A stretch of DNA of 49,616 nucleotides from an archaeon (GTDB taxonomy: Archaea; Nanobdellota; Nanobdellia; SCGC-AAA011-G17; VGLX01), in contig JAZDEN010000032.1 in assembly GCA_043808805.1 (NCBI GenBank), positions 1-49,616 on the forward strand. Reading direction: 5' to 3'. The position numbers and the translations under genes were made by a program. The notes beneath the pieces were generated by a model. That model was not told the origin of the DNA. It saw nothing but the letters and a program-made list of their open reading frames with translations, and did no database searches. Shown here in pieces: positions 1 through 8,931 of this stretch; position 1 is the first letter of the stretch; every line of letters begins with the position of its first letter.

Positions 1-351
1 CTTACATATAAACTGATACACATCCTTAAAACTGTGCGGACTTCAGGCCTTTCTCTGCTCAATACCATCAACAGTATTCTTGACTTCGCAAGGTCGGAAG
101 ATGGCAAACTCCAATTGGCATCCGTGCCGTTCAAGCTTGAAGAAACAATCAAAGCGATGTATTTCCACCTAAACACACAATACACTCAATTAATGGGAGA
201 GGGATTCTTCCCACAAAACGGTGCAGTAAAACTGGACAGGCTCAAAAACTACAAATTAAGGCCTGCGAAGAAACCTTTTAATTTTGTAAGGCCCATAGAC
301 CTGACAATAGTACCAAAAGATTTGTTCGAGAAAGAAGTTGTGTTTTTATGA
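1..351 (+). CDS. histidine-kinase DHp-like fragment, 5' partial (open from the window edge); no ATPase part, possibly a gene remnant
   Basis: Frame 1 is open from nt 1. 'SGLSLLNTINSILDFARSEDGKLQL' resembles the second DHp helix of HisKA domains (..LL.LINDILDFSKIEAGKLEL..). The remaining ~60 aa show no N/G1/G2 ATPase boxes in any frame. Confidence 0.35.
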   Translation, partial: LTYKLIHILKTVRTSGLSLLNTINSILDFARSEDGKLQLASVPFKLEETIKAMYFHLNTQYTQLMGEGFFPQNGAVKLDRLKNYKLRPAKKPFNFVRPIDLTIVPKDLFEKEVVFL

Positions 352-355
352 TTAA

Positions 356-811
356 TTAAAATGAAATAACCTTTGGGTTAGAGAAGAATTCTTCTTTCTT
401 AAGTTCTTCAATTATGAAAAAGGTCTTCAGTTCTAAGATATTAAATGTTTCTTCAATCTTTTCAATGAAAGACTCCTGCTCCTGCATATTCTTGAAAACC
501 ACCTCAATGATGAAATCATAACCATTGTTCACTTTGTATATGGAGTTCACGTTGAAAGACTTAACCAGGTACTCTTTAAGCTGCTCCCTATGCTCCTTGT
601 TAACCTTGATTAGAATTGTAGAAACAGTCGGGAAACCAAGCTTGTGAAAGTCTATTAGGATTGTAGGCCTTTTTATCACACCACTGATATTTTCCCTTAA
701 CTTGTCAAAAATAGTGGAAACAGGGATTCTTGTCTTCTTGGACATCGAGGTTAAGGATTCTCTTCCATTGCTTCTCAGGTTTGAGATGATTAAGAGATCG
801 GATTGTTTCAT
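356..811 (-). CDS. Lrp/AsnC-family transcriptional regulator
   Basis: 151 aa. N-terminal HTH ('LTSMSKKTRIPVSTIFDKLREN') followed by an alpha/beta RAM-like C-terminal domain. Size is typical for the family. Confidence 0.75.
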   Translation of the reverse strand: MKQSDLLIISNLRSNGRESLTSMSKKTRIPVSTIFDKLRENISGVIKRPTILIDFHKLGFPTVSTILIKVNKEHREQLKEYLVKSFNVNSIYKVNNGYDFIIEVVFKNMQEQESFIEKIEETFNILELKTFFIIEELKKEEFFSNPKVISF

Positions 812-964
812 GTTATACCATCCATACTTACTATTATAAATAACTGCGGTAAAACGTAGTTAAAACATAAGTAACATTCACTTCAATAAACAGTTAACTT
901 TAACTTAACTAAAAGGTTAAATAAAAAAAGAAAACTTTATAAGATATGACCACTCCGGAGTTGC

Positions 965-1804
965 ATGGTTTCCGTACCATTATTCTTTAACAACAAAAGA
1001 ACTGTAAAATCAAATGTTGTAGAAGTACTTCTCGAGAAGAATAAACTCAGGAAAATGGAAATATTTCGAGAAATTAAAAAGAGAGGTAATAACATAACTT
1101 TCCACGCAGTTAACAAATCAGTTAACGAGCTATCTGAGATAGATGTCCTAAAAAAATATGAGAGAGAATATGGAGTGAATCCTGAATGGATAAACCAGCT
1201 ACACGACTTCACCGAAAAGGCCAGAGTAAAATTCCTTGATGAAAACGGATCAGTACTTTATGGCATAAAAGACATAAAAAGAGAGGGAGGGATAACCACA
1301 ATAACCTTTGACAACATATATGACATGGACAAATACTACAAGGGCTTACATGAATACTACTACTCAAAACTAAAGGATGATGAAATTGTTTGTTTGACTT
1401 ACGACCACCAGTGGTGGCATATACTCTACCCCCAACAGGACTATGAACTGAATGAAGCAAATAAAAAATTCTACTGTGTAAGCACTAACAATACTTCACT
1501 TGATATTGCTGGGATTAATTTCAAAAGATTACTGGGAATGAATGTTGTAATAAGGAAACAAGGAATACAATTCAGGAATACTTCTGTTTATGGAGCAGTG
1601 GTGATACAAACTATAATAGGTAAGAACCTGAATGATTCTCTTGATAATTATTTTAGTAAAACTAAAACAATACAACATTTGAGTGCATCAAAGAGGTTTG
1701 TTGATGAGGTACTTAAGAAAAAAGGGAAGGTTATACTGATAATAAATCAAAATGCGGATTTGGCTGAAGAAGTAAGAAACCATGTTCTTGGATGTTTTAG
1801 TTAG
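965..1804 (+). CDS. hypothetical protein, possible N-terminal winged helix
   Basis: 279-aa ATG ORF. 'VEVLLEKNKLRKMEIFREIKKRGNNITFHAVNKSVNEL' looks wHTH-like. Nothing else recognised. Confidence 0.5.
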   Translation: MVSVPLFFNNKRTVKSNVVEVLLEKNKLRKMEIFREIKKRGNNITFHAVNKSVNELSEIDVLKKYEREYGVNPEWINQLHDFTEKARVKFLDENGSVLYGIKDIKREGGITTITFDNIYDMDKYYKGLHEYYYSKLKDDEIVCLTYDHQWWHILYPQQDYELNEANKKFYCVSTNNTSLDIAGINFKRLLGMNVVIRKQGIQFRNTSVYGAVVIQTIIGKNLNDSLDNYFSKTKTIQHLSASKRFVDEVLKKKGKVILIINQNADLAEEVRNHVLGCFS

Positions 1805-2885
1805 GAGAAATTTGCAATACTTTTTTTAGTGTTAGGACTTTGTTACCTTTACTTAACTGTTCTGCATTCACAGAATAACTTTTTATGTATGAGAGACAGC
1901 TCTTTTTTTCTCTGGGCATATTCTCATAGTAAGATAAACTCTTTTTTTGTTTTTCTGCTCTTGCTAAATTATGATTGATTGCTTCTTCCGAAATGGGCTG
2001 TTGTTCTATCTTTTGCTTTAACCTCTCAAAATGATTTATATCCCCATAAATCAAAGTACCACTAAATAAAGGATCAGTTGTGCTTATATTAAATTTTTTA
2101 ACTAACTCCTCTAATTCGTCTTTGTTAATATGGAATATATCCAACCACCCGTTAAAGTAATTCTGAGATTTGTCATCTGAAACTATAAAAAGGTCTATAT
2201 CCTTATCAGGCTTTTGAGATCCGTACAAAATTATAAAATTAACATCCTTGAAATGACCATCATATAAATGTTTAATAATTCCGACTACCTTATTACCATC
2301 ATAGAATTTTGGGAAGCCAAGCTGTGACATAAAACCAAATCGGGTTAATCTTTGTTCTTGTTCTCTGAAATAATCTATAAGGCTTTGGTAATGCTGGAGG
2401 AAATTTCTTCTTTTTTCTTCCCAGGTACCATAGTTTCCTGTTCCTTTACATAACATTTCTTCTAACCACATAGCAAAACCTTCATAATTCCATACATTAT
2501 GTTTTGTTAAGCCTAAAGGCTGAATATTAGGATTAACTTCACCATAAAGAAACTCGTTAGGGTCTTGACTTTTTTGTAATATACCTACTAAATCTTTTCC
2601 AATTCTTGAATGTTCACAAAATAAACCATGACCAAAGAATTCATGAAACAAATTAGTGGTAAGGGTCGTGCTGTTTTCACATAAGTAAGCCTTATAACTT
2701 TGTGGAACATACACACCTGGATGTTCTTTTTTTAAATTAGGTAACGTATCCTTATTTATATGGTAGAACTCTAACCATTCTTCTTCAGAATAAATTTTAC
2801 ATTGAGATTTTTCTGTCTTTAAATTAAATTCGTAGCTGATAAAATTAGAAGCTTCATTAATAATTGAGTCTAAAGAGATTACCAT
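1797..2885 (-). CDS. hypothetical fusion protein: N-terminal HExxH (zinc-peptidase-like) region + C-terminal minimal nucleotidyltransferase domain
   Basis: 'LFHEFFGHGLF' is an HExxH motif, with 'EGFAMWLEE' downstream as a possible third ligand. 'ILYGSQKPDKDIDLFIVSDD' matches the GS..DxD pol-beta-type NTase signature. The gene is low-GC with atypical codon usage. Confidence 0.6.
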   Translation of the reverse strand: MVISLDSIINEASNFISYEFNLKTEKSQCKIYSEEEWLEFYHINKDTLPNLKKEHPGVYVPQSYKAYLCENSTTLTTNLFHEFFGHGLFCEHSRIGKDLVGILQKSQDPNEFLYGEVNPNIQPLGLTKHNVWNYEGFAMWLEEMLCKGTGNYGTWEEKRRNFLQHYQSLIDYFREQEQRLTRFGFMSQLGFPKFYDGNKVVGIIKHLYDGHFKDVNFIILYGSQKPDKDIDLFIVSDDKSQNYFNGWLDIFHINKDELEELVKKFNISTTDPLFSGTLIYGDINHFERLKQKIEQQPISEEAINHNLARAEKQKKSLSYYENMPREKKSCLSYIKSYSVNAEQLSKGNKVLTLKKVLQISPN

Positions 2886-2897
2886 GCTATAAGATAA

Positions 2898-3128
2898 TTA
2901 TTTTTTATTTATTTTGTTAAGTTCATTTATAATACTGTCAATTTCTTCTTTACTATCACAATGGAATTGAATATCTAATGATTTTTTTAAATCTGGGCTA
3001 TGTGAGGCTACATAAAAACTTATTTGCCCTTTTTCCCTTGAAATCCATTCTAGATATTCATATACCCCCTCATAGACCAAGTTCTCGTTTATGTCATAAA
3101 TTTTTATTTTCATTACTAATACTCCCAT
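2898..3128 (-). CDS. hypothetical small protein (71-76 aa)
   Basis: The ORF start overlaps the end of the upstream gene. An alternative ATG at 3113 (MKIKIYD..) lies 2 nt after the upstream stop and is preceded by GGGAG. No family recognised. Confidence 0.45.
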   Translation of the reverse strand: MGVLVMKIKIYDINENLVYEGVYEYLEWISREKGQISFYVASHSPDLKKSLDIQFHCDSKEEIDSIINELNKINKK

Positions 3129-3616
3129 GGCTTTGGAATCTTTTTCTCATCAAATGGAAACTCTATTGGTCTTTTTGTTTCTTTAAAAACTTGTGCATAA
3201 ATGTCATATGCTTCGTTCCCGTGCCTTCCTGTATAATCACCCCTACCAAACTGTAAGTGGTTATCAGGTAAACCATCATGGGCATGCCTATCTATCCTCA
3301 TTAGAGGGGTATCAATTTCTGGTCCCATGAACTTAGTTGTTCCTTTACCAAAAGATAAACCCATAGGGTCTGGAGGATCCCATTTTGGTGGAGTAAACGG
3401 TTCTGGGATTGGAGAAGACATCTCTACTTGTTTGGCATGGAACGATTCTATTTGGGCGGATATGCTTGGAGCCCAAGGACCAGAAACAGGTATAAAAACT
3501 TCTGGTGGCTCTGGTGTAAACAAAGCAATAGTTTTAGTTAAGTACTGATCTATTGTTCTTCTAGAACCTGTTTTATTTTCATAAACTAGAATTTGCTCAA
3601 GCAAGGTTTGTTGCAT
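3116..3616 (-). CDS. hypothetical Pro-rich protein (166 aa)
   Basis: The ATG at 3616 is preceded by GGAG and by a consensus BRE/TATA at 3662-3675. No motif recognised. Confidence 0.5.
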   Translation of the reverse strand: MQQTLLEQILVYENKTGSRRTIDQYLTKTIALFTPEPPEVFIPVSGPWAPSISAQIESFHAKQVEMSSPIPEPFTPPKWDPPDPMGLSFGKGTTKFMGPEIDTPLMRIDRHAHDGLPDNHLQFGRGDYTGRHGNEAYDIYAQVFKETKRPIEFPFDEKKIPKPWEY

Positions 3617-3661
3617 TCATTTCAGCTCCTATCACCTTGCCTAATTGTAATAATCACCTTC

Positions 3662-3675
3662 TATATAAACCTTTC
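3662..3675 (-). promoter_or_regulatory. archaeal BRE/TATA promoter core (GAAAGGTTTATATA on the minus strand) for the 3616->1797 operon
   Basis: The motif lies ~45 nt upstream of ATG 3616, with GGAG in between. It matches the same 14-mer found at other loci. Confidence 0.5.
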
Positions 3676-3704
3676 TATATGTAACTATTATAAAGTCGTA
3701 ATAT

Positions 3705-4463
3705 TTACGCCTGCTCAAGTAATCCCTTCTCATACTTCTCCCTAACTATAGGAAGAGCAGTCTCCATCAAAGGGTAGAACTCAGTATTCTTAGCAACAGC
3801 CACCGAAGCAATAACATCAGGATCAACGTACTTCTTTATTGCCTCTTCAACAGAACTAACAGGATGAGAATTCACAAGATTATCAAAGTCCAGAGAACTT
3901 CCATCCTTCCCAGCCTTAGCTGAAATCCCAAAAACATGATAGCCAGTAGGATTCAAACCTGAAGGTATAATAACATGGCCCTTACTAAGATAAATACGCT
4001 CACCATCAAAAAGCTCATTAGGAAGAACCTCCAATTGAATATGCTTCAACAAACAATCTTTCATGCTATCAAAATAAACAACCTTCTCTTCAATAACAGG
4101 AATCTTGCTGTTAAGCATATCAATCATTCTAGTTAATTCATTCTCATACACCTCAAACCTAAATGTGTTACCAGACAAGCCAAGCTCCAACTTAGCCAAA
4201 CCATAAAATCTCTCATTCGGCTTTTCCACATGTTTTTTCCGAGAATCCTTCAAACACTCATGCATAACATCCCTCACACCCATCAGAGTTGTATGGATGG
4301 CATGGGCAATAGTTATGTAAGGAGACAAAAAGTTTGACTTAGCAGCATTATCAAAAGTTTCCTTGTTAAACTTAATAACCTCCTCAAGGTCCTCAATAGA
4401 ATGATGAGACTTCCTCATACTCAAACCACACATACCCATGTTATAATCTTTTAACCTATCCAT
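3705..4463 (-). CDS. hypothetical protein (252 aa)
   Basis: The track ORF starts at a TTG (4475), and the first ATG is at 4463 (MDRLKDYN..). Codon usage is G/T-ending like other minus-strand genes. No motif recognised. Confidence 0.5.
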   Translation of the reverse strand: MDRLKDYNMGMCGLSMRKSHHSIEDLEEVIKFNKETFDNAAKSNFLSPYITIAHAIHTTLMGVRDVMHECLKDSRKKHVEKPNERFYGLAKLELGLSGNTFRFEVYENELTRMIDMLNSKIPVIEEKVVYFDSMKDCLLKHIQLEVLPNELFDGERIYLSKGHVIIPSGLNPTGYHVFGISAKAGKDGSSLDFDNLVNSHPVSSVEEAIKKYVDPDVIASVAVAKNTEFYPLMETALPIVREKYEKGLLEQA

Positions 4464-4564
4464 TTCTAACCTCAATAAGCAGCCAGAATAGAAAGACAGC
4501 CTTTTTTAAACCTTATGTTTTTCCAAAGACAACAATTTTAAACACCAAAGGATTAACAACAAAA

Positions 4565-4771
4565 ATGCAACACAAACTCAAAGTAAAGGCAAACGCAAAA
4601 GAAAACAAGATAGAACTAAAAGACAACACCTATTCCGTCAGCATAAAAGAAAAGCCAATAGAAGGAAGGGCAAACAAGGCGATAATAAAACTCTTCAAAA
4701 AAGAACTCAACAAGAACATCAGGATAATAAAAGGGCTAAAAAGCAATGAAAAAATTATAGAAATTCAGTGA
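4565..4771 (+). CDS. DUF167/YggU (UPF0235)-like small protein
   Basis: 68 aa. 'IEGRANKAIIKLFKKELNKNIRIIKGLKSNEKIIEI' fits the conserved ..G.AN.ali.fla..l......i..G..s..K.i.i pattern. Confidence 0.55.
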   Translation: MQHKLKVKANAKENKIELKDNTYSVSIKEKPIEGRANKAIIKLFKKELNKNIRIIKGLKSNEKIIEIQ

Positions 4772-5016
4772 TCAAGCTCGTAAAGGGTGACCATCTCTTC
4801 CTCAAGGTCAACAAGACGAAGGATCCACATCTTCCTCAAGTCCTTCTTCCTTATAACATGATTGAACTGGTAGACCATGTTCTTGCTCTCATCCTCAACA
4901 ACAGCCTCCCTGCCCTTCATAAAACGGTACTTCCTAAGCAGATGTCTCTCCTTCTTATCGTCATCCAGGACATCCCACCAATCAATCATAAAGAAATTTT
5001 TCCCTTCCATAGCCAA
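4765..5016 (-). CDS. hypothetical protein (83 aa)
   Basis: Minus-strand ORF with host-like G/T-ending codons. The overlapping plus-strand ORF 4768..5040 looks non-protein-like. Confidence 0.4.
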   Translation of the reverse strand: MAMEGKNFFMIDWWDVLDDDKKERHLLRKYRFMKGREAVVEDESKNMVYQFNHVIRKKDLRKMWILRLVDLEEEMVTLYELDH

Positions 5017-5047
5017 CCTCGTGCAACCCTAAGATGCTGATAGATAT

Positions 5048-5341
5048 TTAAACTTTTTGCTTAACGCAGCTCAAATGAAGGTATGTAGCGGTATTGCTGT
5101 TAGGAACCCTCTCAATGAACATAAGCTCCTCCTCATTAAAATAAATCGGCTTCTCACACGAATAACAGGTATGACCAAAAAGCTCATTCCCAAAAGAAAT
5201 TAAATGCTCCTTCTCCATCCTGAAAACCCTAAGGTTAACATGCTTCTTCCTCCGCTCAATCTCCTGAAGGACAACGTCCCTGATACTAGACAAACGCTCC
5301 GCATAAGGCTTCACAATCCTGTAATCAACCTGAACTATCAT
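5048..5341 (-). CDS. hypothetical protein (97 aa), possible Cys/His metal site
   Basis: Contains 'HTCYSCE...HLSC'. Its start overlaps the stop of the upstream gene by 4 nt (5338-5341), which suggests an operon. Confidence 0.4.
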   Translation of the reverse strand: MIVQVDYRIVKPYAERLSSIRDVVLQEIERRKKHVNLRVFRMEKEHLISFGNELFGHTCYSCEKPIYFNEEELMFIERVPNSNTATYLHLSCVKQKV

Positions 5342-5826
5342 TTCATAGTCAAAAAAGACTCAATACAATGAGAAACAACCTTTCCAGAAGAGGCGTCAAG
5401 CTTAACATTAAGAAGCTTGAGAGTAGAAGTAAGCAAAGTAATATTCCAGGTAACCTTATTGTCAAGATTCTGCAGGATTGCAATCGTCTTGGTGAAGAAC
5501 TTATCACCAGGATACTGCTTAGAAACAAAATCATTAACCAACTTAACAGCCTCATCAAAACCCATCTTTACCTTATCAACATGAAGCTCAGAAATCTTAG
5601 TCCTATCATCCTTGAAGGCCTTATCAACAGGCATGACCTTGATTCCCTTATCAGAAACCTCAAGAGTGGTAATCATCTCATCCTTCGGATTGTAGAAATC
5701 AAACTGCCAGTTGCCCTCAGAGACAAAAAAACACGCATAGAGGAACGCTGACTTGTTCTTGCTCTTGAAATCCTTCAACTCCTTTGAACCTAGAAGTTTT
5801 TTGTAAGAATCATCCAGATTAAGCAT
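5338..5826 (-). CDS. hypothetical protein (162 aa)
   Basis: The track ORF extends to 5883 and would overlap the divergent gene at 5866. The internal ATG at 5826 (MLNLDDSYKK..) removes that overlap. Confidence 0.45.
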   Translation of the reverse strand: MLNLDDSYKKLLGSKELKDFKSKNKSAFLYACFFVSEGNWQFDFYNPKDEMITTLEVSDKGIKVMPVDKAFKDDRTKISELHVDKVKMGFDEAVKLVNDFVSKQYPGDKFFTKTIAILQNLDNKVTWNITLLTSTLKLLNVKLDASSGKVVSHCIESFLTMK

Positions 5827-5865
5827 AAGAATTATAAAAGGAGGCAATATAAAAACCTTACCAAA

Positions 5866-6951
5866 ATGAAAGTTGTAATACAAAAATGCGAAAGCTACGA
5901 AGATGCTGAAAGAGCAGTAGAGGAAGGACTGGAAAAACTAGGCGGGATAGAAGCCTTCATAAAAAAAGGAGATAAAGTCCTGATAAAGCCAAACCTACTC
6001 GGGGCGAGAAAACCCGAAGACTGCGTAACAACACATCCAGAAGTTGTAAGAGCAGTGATAAGACAAATCAAGAAGATAACAGACGAAATAACGATAGGAG
6101 ACTCGCCGGGATTCGTAGGCAACGTAAGAGGATGGGAGACTGTCATCGAGAAAACAGGCATGAAAAAAATAGCAGAAGAGGAAAATGTAAAACTGGAAGC
6201 ACTGAAAACACCAAAAGAGGTTGAGAGCAAGGAATGGATAATAACAAAGAAATTAATGATAGCAGAAGAGACGATGAAATACGACAAGATAGTGAACGTG
6301 GCAAAGCTGAAGACACACAGCCTGACAGTATACACCGGATGCGTAAAGAACATGTTTGGGATAATACCCGGAAGACTGAAGTCAGGAATGCACACAAAAT
6401 TTCAAGACCCATATAACTTCTCAAAAATGCTGCTTGACCTTTACATGGTTAGGAAGCCGGACCTGAACATCATTGACGGAGTCTACGGGATGGAAGGAGA
6501 CGGCCCAGCATCAGGAGACGTAAGACACTTTGGAATAATAGGACTAAGCCAGGACGCACTCGAACTCGACTACGCAATAACCAAAGACACAAAACTCGAA
6601 ATACCGATGATAAGGATAGCAGAAGAAAGAAAGATGATAATGAAAGTTGAAGTAGAAGGCGAGTTCAAAACAGAGATAAAAAAACCAAGCACAGGAATAC
6701 TAACCAGTTACGTGCTGCCGATAGCAGGCAACGTAAGAAATAAATTAACATCAAAGCCTGCGCTGACACAAGAAAGATGCACAAAATGCGAGAGCTGCTA
6801 CAAGATATGCCCTGTCAAGGCAATAAGCATGAACCCTTATCCAGAATTTGATTACTCAAAATGCATAAGATGCTACTGCTGCCATGAGATATGCCCAGAG
6901 AAAGCAATCTACCTCAAAAAAAGCATTGTCCAGAAACTACTTAGGAGATGA
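5866..6951 (+). CDS. DUF362-domain protein with C-terminal 2x[4Fe-4S] ferredoxin domain
   Basis: Two CxxCxxCxxxCP motifs ('CTKCESCYKICP', 'CIRCYCCHEICP'). The N-terminal 'GDKVLIKPNLL' region is DUF362-like. Confidence 0.75.
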   Translation: MKVVIQKCESYEDAERAVEEGLEKLGGIEAFIKKGDKVLIKPNLLGARKPEDCVTTHPEVVRAVIRQIKKITDEITIGDSPGFVGNVRGWETVIEKTGMKKIAEEENVKLEALKTPKEVESKEWIITKKLMIAEETMKYDKIVNVAKLKTHSLTVYTGCVKNMFGIIPGRLKSGMHTKFQDPYNFSKMLLDLYMVRKPDLNIIDGVYGMEGDGPASGDVRHFGIIGLSQDALELDYAITKDTKLEIPMIRIAEERKMIMKVEVEGEFKTEIKKPSTGILTSYVLPIAGNVRNKLTSKPALTQERCTKCESCYKICPVKAISMNPYPEFDYSKCIRCYCCHEICPEKAIYLKKSIVQKLLRR

Positions 6952-8652
6952 AGAGGCATGCTCATGAATCTCACTCAACAAATCGTTAACGAAAGTATAG
7001 ATCTTAACATCATGCGTGACCTTACCATCAAGAGTTCTTATTGCCAAATTCCTTGAATCAACCTCCTTATCACCAACAGTAACCATGTAATTAACCTTCC
7101 TGATCTGGGCATCACGAACCTTCTTGCCAATCGTCTCAGGCCTGTCATCAATCTCAACACGGACACCATTAGCTTCCAACTCAGCCTTAACCTCATTCGC
7201 ATACTTAACACTCCTATCAGTAACAGTCAGTATCCTGACCTGCATAGGAGCGAGCCACAAAGGCAGCTTGCCAGCATAATGCTCAAGCAGGATAGCAATG
7301 AACCTCTCAATCGAACCGAGAATAGTACGGTGGATCATCACAGGGCGGTGCTTCTTACCATCCTTCCCCTCATAAGTAAGGTCGAATTTCTCAGGCATGG
7401 CAAAATCAAGCTGGATGGTAGCGCACTGCCAGGTCCTCCCCAACGAATCCTCGATATGGAAATCAATCTTAGGACCATAAAACGCACCGTCACCAGCATT
7501 AACCTTGAACTTGATGCCAGTGTCCTTCAAGGCAGCCTTCAAGGCATCCTCAGCAGTCTTCCACATCTCAGCAGTGCCAATAGACTTCTTAGGCCTAGTC
7601 GAAAGCTCAAGATGGTAGGGAAGCTTGAAAATCTTATACATGCGATCAGCAAGATTTATGACCCTAATAACCTCATCCTTAATCTGCTCCTCCATGCAAT
7701 AGATGTGGGCATCATCCTGCGTGAAGGCACGAACGCGGAACAAGCCGTTCAAGACACCTGAGAGCTCATGCCTATGCACAAGACCCAGCTCAGCCATCCT
7801 TAATGGGAATTCACGATACGAATGAAGGCCTGTGTTGTAGATCAGAATACTTCCAGGACAGTTCATGGGCTTAACAGCATAATCCTGATTGTCAATCTTA
7901 GTGAAGTACATGTTATCCTTGTAATGATCCCAGTGGCCGGACTTCTCCCACAGCCTCCTGCTCAGGATCATAGGCGTGGAAATCTCGATGTAACCCTCCT
8001 TCTTGTGCTCCTGCCTCCAGAAGTTAATCAGCTCATTCCTGATGATCATACCCCTAGGATGGAAGAACGGAAAACCAGGACCCTCCTCATGCATGCTGAA
8101 AAGGTTAAGTTCCTTACCAAGCCTTATATGGTTACGCTTCTCAGCCTCCTCCCTGTTTTTTAAGTAAGCATCAAGGTCCTCTTTTGAACCGAAAGCAGTG
8201 CCGTAAATACGCTGCAACATGGGATTCTTGGAATCACCACGCCAGTAAGAACCGGCAATCGTAAGAAGCTTGTAGGCCTTAATCTCCTTCGTAGACTTGA
8301 CATGAGGACCCTTGCAGAGGTCATAAAAATTACCGCACTGGTATAGGGTAATCTTACCCTTCAACTCCTTGAGAAGGTCAAGCTTGTAAGGCTCATCCTT
8401 GAGCATTTTTTGTGCCTTCTGCTTTGTAACATCAATCTTCTTGAAAACCAGATTCTGGTCAATAAGCTCATCCATCTTGGTCTCAATCTTCTTCAAATCC
8501 TCAGGAGTGAAGCTCACATTGCCAAAATCATAGTAGAAACCATCCTCAATAGCCGGACCAATGCCCAATTTGGCTTTAGAGTACAGCAATTTGACAGCAT
8601 AAGCCAGTATGTGAGATGTACTGTGCCTTATCTTCTCTAACTTACCATCCAT
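6937..8652 (-). CDS. thrS: threonyl-tRNA synthetase, bacterial-type N2 editing domain, no TGS domain
   Basis: 'HSTSHILA' and 'CKGPHV' are tRNA_SAD/editing motifs. The class II core includes 'FRVRAFTQDDAHIY', and an anticodon-binding C-terminus is present. The real start is taken as the ATG at 8652 (MDGKLEKIRH..), because the upstream 63 codons of the ORF are Phe-rich junk. Confidence 0.9.
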   Translation of the reverse strand: MDGKLEKIRHSTSHILAYAVKLLYSKAKLGIGPAIEDGFYYDFGNVSFTPEDLKKIETKMDELIDQNLVFKKIDVTKQKAQKMLKDEPYKLDLLKELKGKITLYQCGNFYDLCKGPHVKSTKEIKAYKLLTIAGSYWRGDSKNPMLQRIYGTAFGSKEDLDAYLKNREEAEKRNHIRLGKELNLFSMHEEGPGFPFFHPRGMIIRNELINFWRQEHKKEGYIEISTPMILSRRLWEKSGHWDHYKDNMYFTKIDNQDYAVKPMNCPGSILIYNTGLHSYREFPLRMAELGLVHRHELSGVLNGLFRVRAFTQDDAHIYCMEEQIKDEVIRVINLADRMYKIFKLPYHLELSTRPKKSIGTAEMWKTAEDALKAALKDTGIKFKVNAGDGAFYGPKIDFHIEDSLGRTWQCATIQLDFAMPEKFDLTYEGKDGKKHRPVMIHRTILGSIERFIAILLEHYAGKLPLWLAPMQVRILTVTDRSVKYANEVKAELEANGVRVEIDDRPETIGKKVRDAQIRKVNYMVTVGDKEVDSRNLAIRTLDGKVTHDVKIYTFVNDLLSEIHEHASSSPK

Positions 8653-8912
8653 TTCACAAGAAATAGAACAAGCAAATATATAAAAGTAACGCCGAGAAAA
8701 AAAAGGCATAAAAAGGCCTGATGGGTATTTGTAAGGAATAAAAATGGTTTCAAGCCCAAAAAACACGAAAAAACAAACACAAAATGGAAAAATGATATAA
8801 AAAAACACATTACTCCGAAAAAAGACAAATAAAATGGACAAAAAGTAAAAGAAAGGTTTTAAAGCCTTCTTCGCGAAATTTCTGTGGGATAGAAAATCAA
8901 AAAGTGAATCTA

Positions 8913-8929
8913 GAAAAAAGAAGAAAAGG
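8913..8929 (-). terminator. oligo-T tract after the small acidic ORF
   Basis: The minus strand reads TCCTTTTCTTCTTTTTTCT directly after the TAG at 8932. Confidence 0.35.
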
Positions 8930-8931
8930 AC

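Noticed and set aside
34-351. Searching alternative frames of 180-351 for the missing HATPase_c part of the kinase fragment
   Set aside because: The other two frames hit stops quickly and show no N-box or G-box. A frameshifted intact kinase cannot be supported from this sequence.
1797-3616. Calling the low-GC islet a mobile element or prophage remnant
   Set aside because: It has no integrase, transposase, terminal repeats or flanking tRNA. Only compositional evidence exists, so it is reported as a finding and not as a mobile_element feature.
5827-5883. N-terminal extension of ORF 5338..5883
   Set aside because: It would overlap the start of the divergent DUF362 gene and its promoter region. 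The internal ATG at 5826 gives a clean arrangement.
8653-8841. 63-codon N-terminal extension of the ThrRS ORF
   Set aside because: It is Phe-rich and would run through the TATA-like element upstream of the thrS start. The conserved ThrRS sequence begins at the ATG at 8652.
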